Shown here piece after piece: positions 48,741 through 51,761 of a stretch of DNA of 51,761 nucleotides. The translations under genes were made by a program, and so were the position numbers. Numbering within the stretch: position 1 is the stretch's first letter; each line of letters starts with the position of its first letter. Location of the stretch: the NCBI GenBank assembly GCA_038145405.1, contig JAYQPQ010000004.1, positions 1 through 51,761 on the forward strand, given 5' to 3'. The notes below the pieces were generated by a model, which saw nothing but the letters and a program-made list of their open reading frames with translations, ran no database searches and was not told the origin of the DNA. The DNA is from Porticoccaceae bacterium (GTDB taxonomy: Bacteria > Pseudomonadota > Gammaproteobacteria > Pseudomonadales > GM7GCV1).

Positions 48741-48791
48741 GTTAATTCTCCCGTCCGGTTGTCGGCTCCATGATAACCCCAGGCTCAAGCC

Positions 48792-49412
48792 CTATGCGGG
48801 GCGAGCGGCGTAGTAGGCTTTCAGTTTGGGGTGGTTGTTCACCCGCTCAAAGTGCTCGACCAGCAGCGGCGCTTCGCGACCGACCAGATCGGTGGGGATA
48901 TGATCCAGCACGCCCGAGAGCAACTGCCGTATCCAGACAAAAACCTTAAGATCGGCCACAGTCAGCCGGTCATCGGCAAAATACTGACCGCCGCGCTGTT
49001 GCAAACAGGCTTCTAACCGCTTTAGGTAAAGCGGCAGCGGGCCCTTCACCAGCGCCTCGCGCGCGGTTTTCTTTTCTACGTCTGCCATAAAGAAGGTGGC
49101 TACCAGTTTATTGGCGACATCCTCCAGCGCATCCATCACTTCGTCGCACAGGGCTGCTTGCCAGGCATTCTCAGGGTAAAGCCCGGCCAAGCGACCGACA
49201 TAGCGATTGATGGTGTTGGACTGGGTCAGCTGATAGCCGTCCACTTCAAGCACCGGAATAGCCAGCAGCGGCATTTGTGGCTTGGCAGCCATCCACTGGT
49301 CGCGCGGAATGCGGTGATCCTCGAAGGCGATGCCGCCAATATGCAGGGCCAGGCGAGCGGGCTCGCCGCGACCGCCGTGCACGTCAAAATAACTCAGTTT
49401 CAGCTTGCTCAT
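48792..49412 (-). CDS. Glutathione S-transferase, sigma-class-like
   Basis: KLSYFD...GRGEPARL, IPVLEVDG..LTQS..I.RYVG, LTVADL. Confidence 0.9.
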   Translation of the reverse strand: MSKLKLSYFDVHGGRGEPARLALHIGGIAFEDHRIPRDQWMAAKPQMPLLAIPVLEVDGYQLTQSNTINRYVGRLAGLYPENAWQAALCDEVMDALEDVANKLVATFFMADVEKKTAREALVKGPLPLYLKRLEACLQQRGGQYFADDRLTVADLKVFVWIRQLLSGVLDHIPTDLVGREAPLLVEHFERVNNHPKLKAYYAARPA

Positions 49413-49451
49413 GGTGCTTCCAATGGGGAGTGGGGAGGACGCCAGTGTGGA

Positions 49452-49964
49452 TTAAAGCGGCTCGAAGGAACAAGTGGGGCAGTCACAGGCATCGACGTCT
49501 GTCAGATGCACAAAGGCACTGCCATCCCACGCATAGTAGTGCGAGGTGGTAGCCCAGCGCGCAGATTCATCCTGGCAGATGGGATCGCTGGGCATTGGCT
49601 CGCCGATATTTTCCGGTGGGTTGAGAATCAGTAGATTGCTGTCGACCCGATAGGCATAGCCGAGGCTGGCAACGGGCGCAAAGTGCACGGCGCCAGTGGC
49701 GCGATCGATGATCGCGGCCATCTGGCAACTGCTGCCGCAGCCCCACTCGGCAAAGGCGAAACGTCCGCCAAAGCGGTCACCCTCGGCCAATGCCAAATTC
49801 AAACAAGCGGCAAAAGTGGGCGCATCGGCATGGCTGGCGAGATCGGGCGCATCCACCCTGGGCGCGGTATCCAATTCAGCAGGAAATTGATCAAAGGCTG
49901 GCGCTTCGGCCACCACCACGCCAGCCCACAGACCAAATAGCAGCATAAGGAGGTGCTTCAGCAT
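49452..49964 (-). CDS. Secreted hypothetical protein with a WGCGSSC motif
   Basis: Signal peptide; FGGRF...EWGCGSSCQ..IID..TG.V, YRVDSNLLILNP; function unknown. Confidence 0.75.
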   Translation of the reverse strand: MLKHLLMLLFGLWAGVVVAEAPAFDQFPAELDTAPRVDAPDLASHADAPTFAACLNLALAEGDRFGGRFAFAEWGCGSSCQMAAIIDRATGAVHFAPVASLGYAYRVDSNLLILNPPENIGEPMPSDPICQDESARWATTSHYYAWDGSAFVHLTDVDACDCPTCSFEPL

Positions 49965-50003
49965 TTGCAGATCACCGGCCCAAAGCGCTGCACAACAGCG
50001 GCC

Positions 50004-50165
50004 CTAGCGGGTGACGAGCCAAATCGCGTGCACCAAGCCCGGAATCCAGAACACCAGGCACAACAGGACATTAATGATGAGGTCTTTGCCGGCGCCCTTC
50101 TTGAGAAAGACGGCCACCGGAGGTAACAGAATAGCCAGAATAATGAGCACGACTTTATTGTTCAT
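50004..50165 (-). CDS. YqaE/Pmp3 family small membrane protein (53 aa, not in the ORF track)
   Basis: MNNKVVLIILAILLPPVAVFLKKGAGKDLIINVLLCLVFWIPGLVHAIWLVTR; GAGGG SD upstream. Confidence 0.92.
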   Translation of the reverse strand: MNNKVVLIILAILLPPVAVFLKKGAGKDLIINVLLCLVFWIPGLVHAIWLVTR

Positions 50166-50367
50166 TTGTCCACCCTCTCGCGTTAGTTATATGAGTTCGC
50201 GTCCTTCGGTGACTGCTCCTTTGCGGCTAGCTTAGCAGGAAGGATGAGGGGAAAGGCAGGGTGCTGATGTGTGCATACCAAATGCGGGCGTGCTCTGGCA
50301 ACGATACAGCCTCAAGACCGATGCAATGCGCGACCCAACTGCGCGCATTCGTATTCAATTTTTCATG

Positions 50368-51048
50368 CTACTCGACCTTGTAGCCCAGGCCATAGACAGA
50401 GTGAATCAAATCGCCAGTACGCGAGTGGGCGTTCATTTTACGGCGCAGGTTTTTCACGTGGCTGTCGATGGTGCGGTCGCTCACCACGCGCTGGTCTTTA
50501 TAGGCCAGGTTCATCAACTGGTCGCGGCTGAACACATGGCCGGGGCGACGCATCATGGCCGACAGTAGGCGGAACTCCACGCGTGTGAGTTCGAGTTCTT
50601 CGTCGTCGACGATGCAGCGAAAACGGGATTCGTCTAGGTGGATGGTGCGGTAGCTGAGTTCGTCGTCCTCGTCCGATTTGCTGGCTTCCACCCGGCGCAG
50701 CACGCTTTTCACGCGCGCTACAACTTCGCGTGGACTGAAGGGTTTGCATACGTAGTCGTCGGCACCCAGCTGCAGGCCTACCAGGCGGTCGACTTCTTCC
50801 ACGCGCGCGGTGAGCATGATGATGGGTACCTCGGAAAAGCTGCGAATTTCCCGACAGACGTCTAGGCCGTCCTTGCCGGGCAACATCAGGTCGAGCAGGA
50901 TCAGCCGTGGCCGGTGTCCGCGCACCCAATCCACCACCTTGGTGCCCTCGGCAAGCCAGTGCACCTGGTATTGGGCCAGCTGCAGGTAGTCGCGCAGCAG
51001 GGCTGCCAGCTTGGGCTCATCTTCCACGACGAGAATGGGGCCGATCAT
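50368..51048 (-). CDS. baeR: OmpR-family response regulator, BaeR-like
   Basis: ILVVEDEPKLA, LLDLMLPGKDG, GADDYVCKPFSPREVVAR, VSDRTIDSHVKNLRRK. Confidence 0.88.
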   Translation of the reverse strand: MIGPILVVEDEPKLAALLRDYLQLAQYQVHWLAEGTKVVDWVRGHRPRLILLDLMLPGKDGLDVCREIRSFSEVPIIMLTARVEEVDRLVGLQLGADDYVCKPFSPREVVARVKSVLRRVEASKSDEDDELSYRTIHLDESRFRCIVDDEELELTRVEFRLLSAMMRRPGHVFSRDQLMNLAYKDQRVVSDRTIDSHVKNLRRKMNAHSRTGDLIHSVYGLGYKVE

Positions 51049-51761
51049 TTTGCCTCCGCAAAGCGAATTTCAACCTTTAACCCGCCCAGCTCGGATGCGC
51101 TGATCTGCATCTCAGCACCGTGGGCCTTGACGATATTGGCGGCGATGGCCAACCCCAGGCCGGCGCCACCGTATTCGCGGTTGCGCGACTGTTCGGCGCG
51201 GAACAGGCGATCGGTGAGGCGCGGCAGGGCATCGGCCAGTACGCCCGGGGCGGTATCTTCCACGCGCAGCAGTACCTGATTGGCGGTGCGCTCCAGGCTA
51301 ACCCGCACTTGTCCGCCTGCGTCGGTATAGCGAATGGAGTTTTCCAGCAGGTTATTGACCAGCTGTTCCAGGCGATCACTGTCGCCATCAATCATCAGGG
51401 CCGCGTCGCCCAGACCGGGCTTCAGGCGCAGTCCCTGGCCGGCAAAGCGCTCGGCAAAGCGATCCAGGCAGTCCTGCACCGGTTCGCGCTGTTCCTTTTT
51501 TTCCATGCTATAGCTGAGCGCGCCTACATCCTAACGCGACAGGGTGTAGAGGTCTTCGATCAAACGACGCAGGCGGTCGATCTCGGCGGCCAGCGATTGC
51601 AGTTCGCGCGGGCTGGGCTCGCGCACGCCGTCGACCAGGGCATCGATCTCTCCCGACAGAATGGCGACGGGCGTGCGCAGTTCGTGCGAAATATCGGCAA
51701 TACAGCGTCGCTGGCGCACCGGGGTGGCAATGAGCGTGGCCGACAGTTTGGTGATGTCCAT
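51045..51761 (-). pseudogene. baeS: BaeS-like sensor histidine kinase, 5'-truncated by the window edge, with an in-frame TAG at 51533-51531
   Basis: ADISHELRTP H-box and NLLENSIRYT / EDTAPG / GAGLGLAI ATPase boxes lie in one frame, separated by LSR*DVGALSY; ATGA overlap with baeR. Confidence 0.75.

Noticed and set aside
1-51761. CRISPR array, tRNA/rRNA, integron, transposase or prophage
   Set aside because: No regularly spaced direct repeats, tRNA cloverleaf signatures, integrase/transposase motifs or phage genes were seen on manual reading.

Overview
GC-rich, mostly housekeeping/metabolic chromosomal segment of a free-living gammaproteobacterium. The amgK-murU / lptD-surA-pdxA-rsmA-apaG-apaH synteny and the RhlB type look Pseudomonadales-like; the taxonomy is inferred. 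It holds about 40 recognisable CDS, including a TonB-dependent receptor, an RND pump, moaA, an SCP2/archaeal-type thiolase, pykA, an S1/P1 nuclease, gabD, apbE, ppa, cysH, htpX, a PAS-GGDEF protein, a GNAT plus RLAN-RimK ATP-grasp pair, rpe, MATE and baeR/baeS. I saw no rRNA, tRNA, CRISPR array, transposase or prophage. The most interesting signals are non-coding. (1) A ~300-nt promoter/operator/structured-leader module occurs twice, in front of two tandem minus-strand genes, and its hairpin shows compensatory changes. (2) A consensus sigma54 promoter fires into a ~230-nt multi-stem region ahead of an orphan thiolase. (3) A promoter-to-terminator unit of ~130 nt (sRNA or attenuator) sits just upstream of the S1/P1 nuclease. 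(4) There is a 141-bp MITE-like palindrome. Unusual proteins include a Zn-ribbon-Smr protein coupled to apaH, a His-less DUF6152-YceI fusion, and an EF-hand-like loop in LptD. Four ORFs are broken: a PAS remnant, a mocA frameshift, an SDR chimera, and baeS with an internal TAG. All calls come from reading and motif recognition; no searches or folding programs were run.
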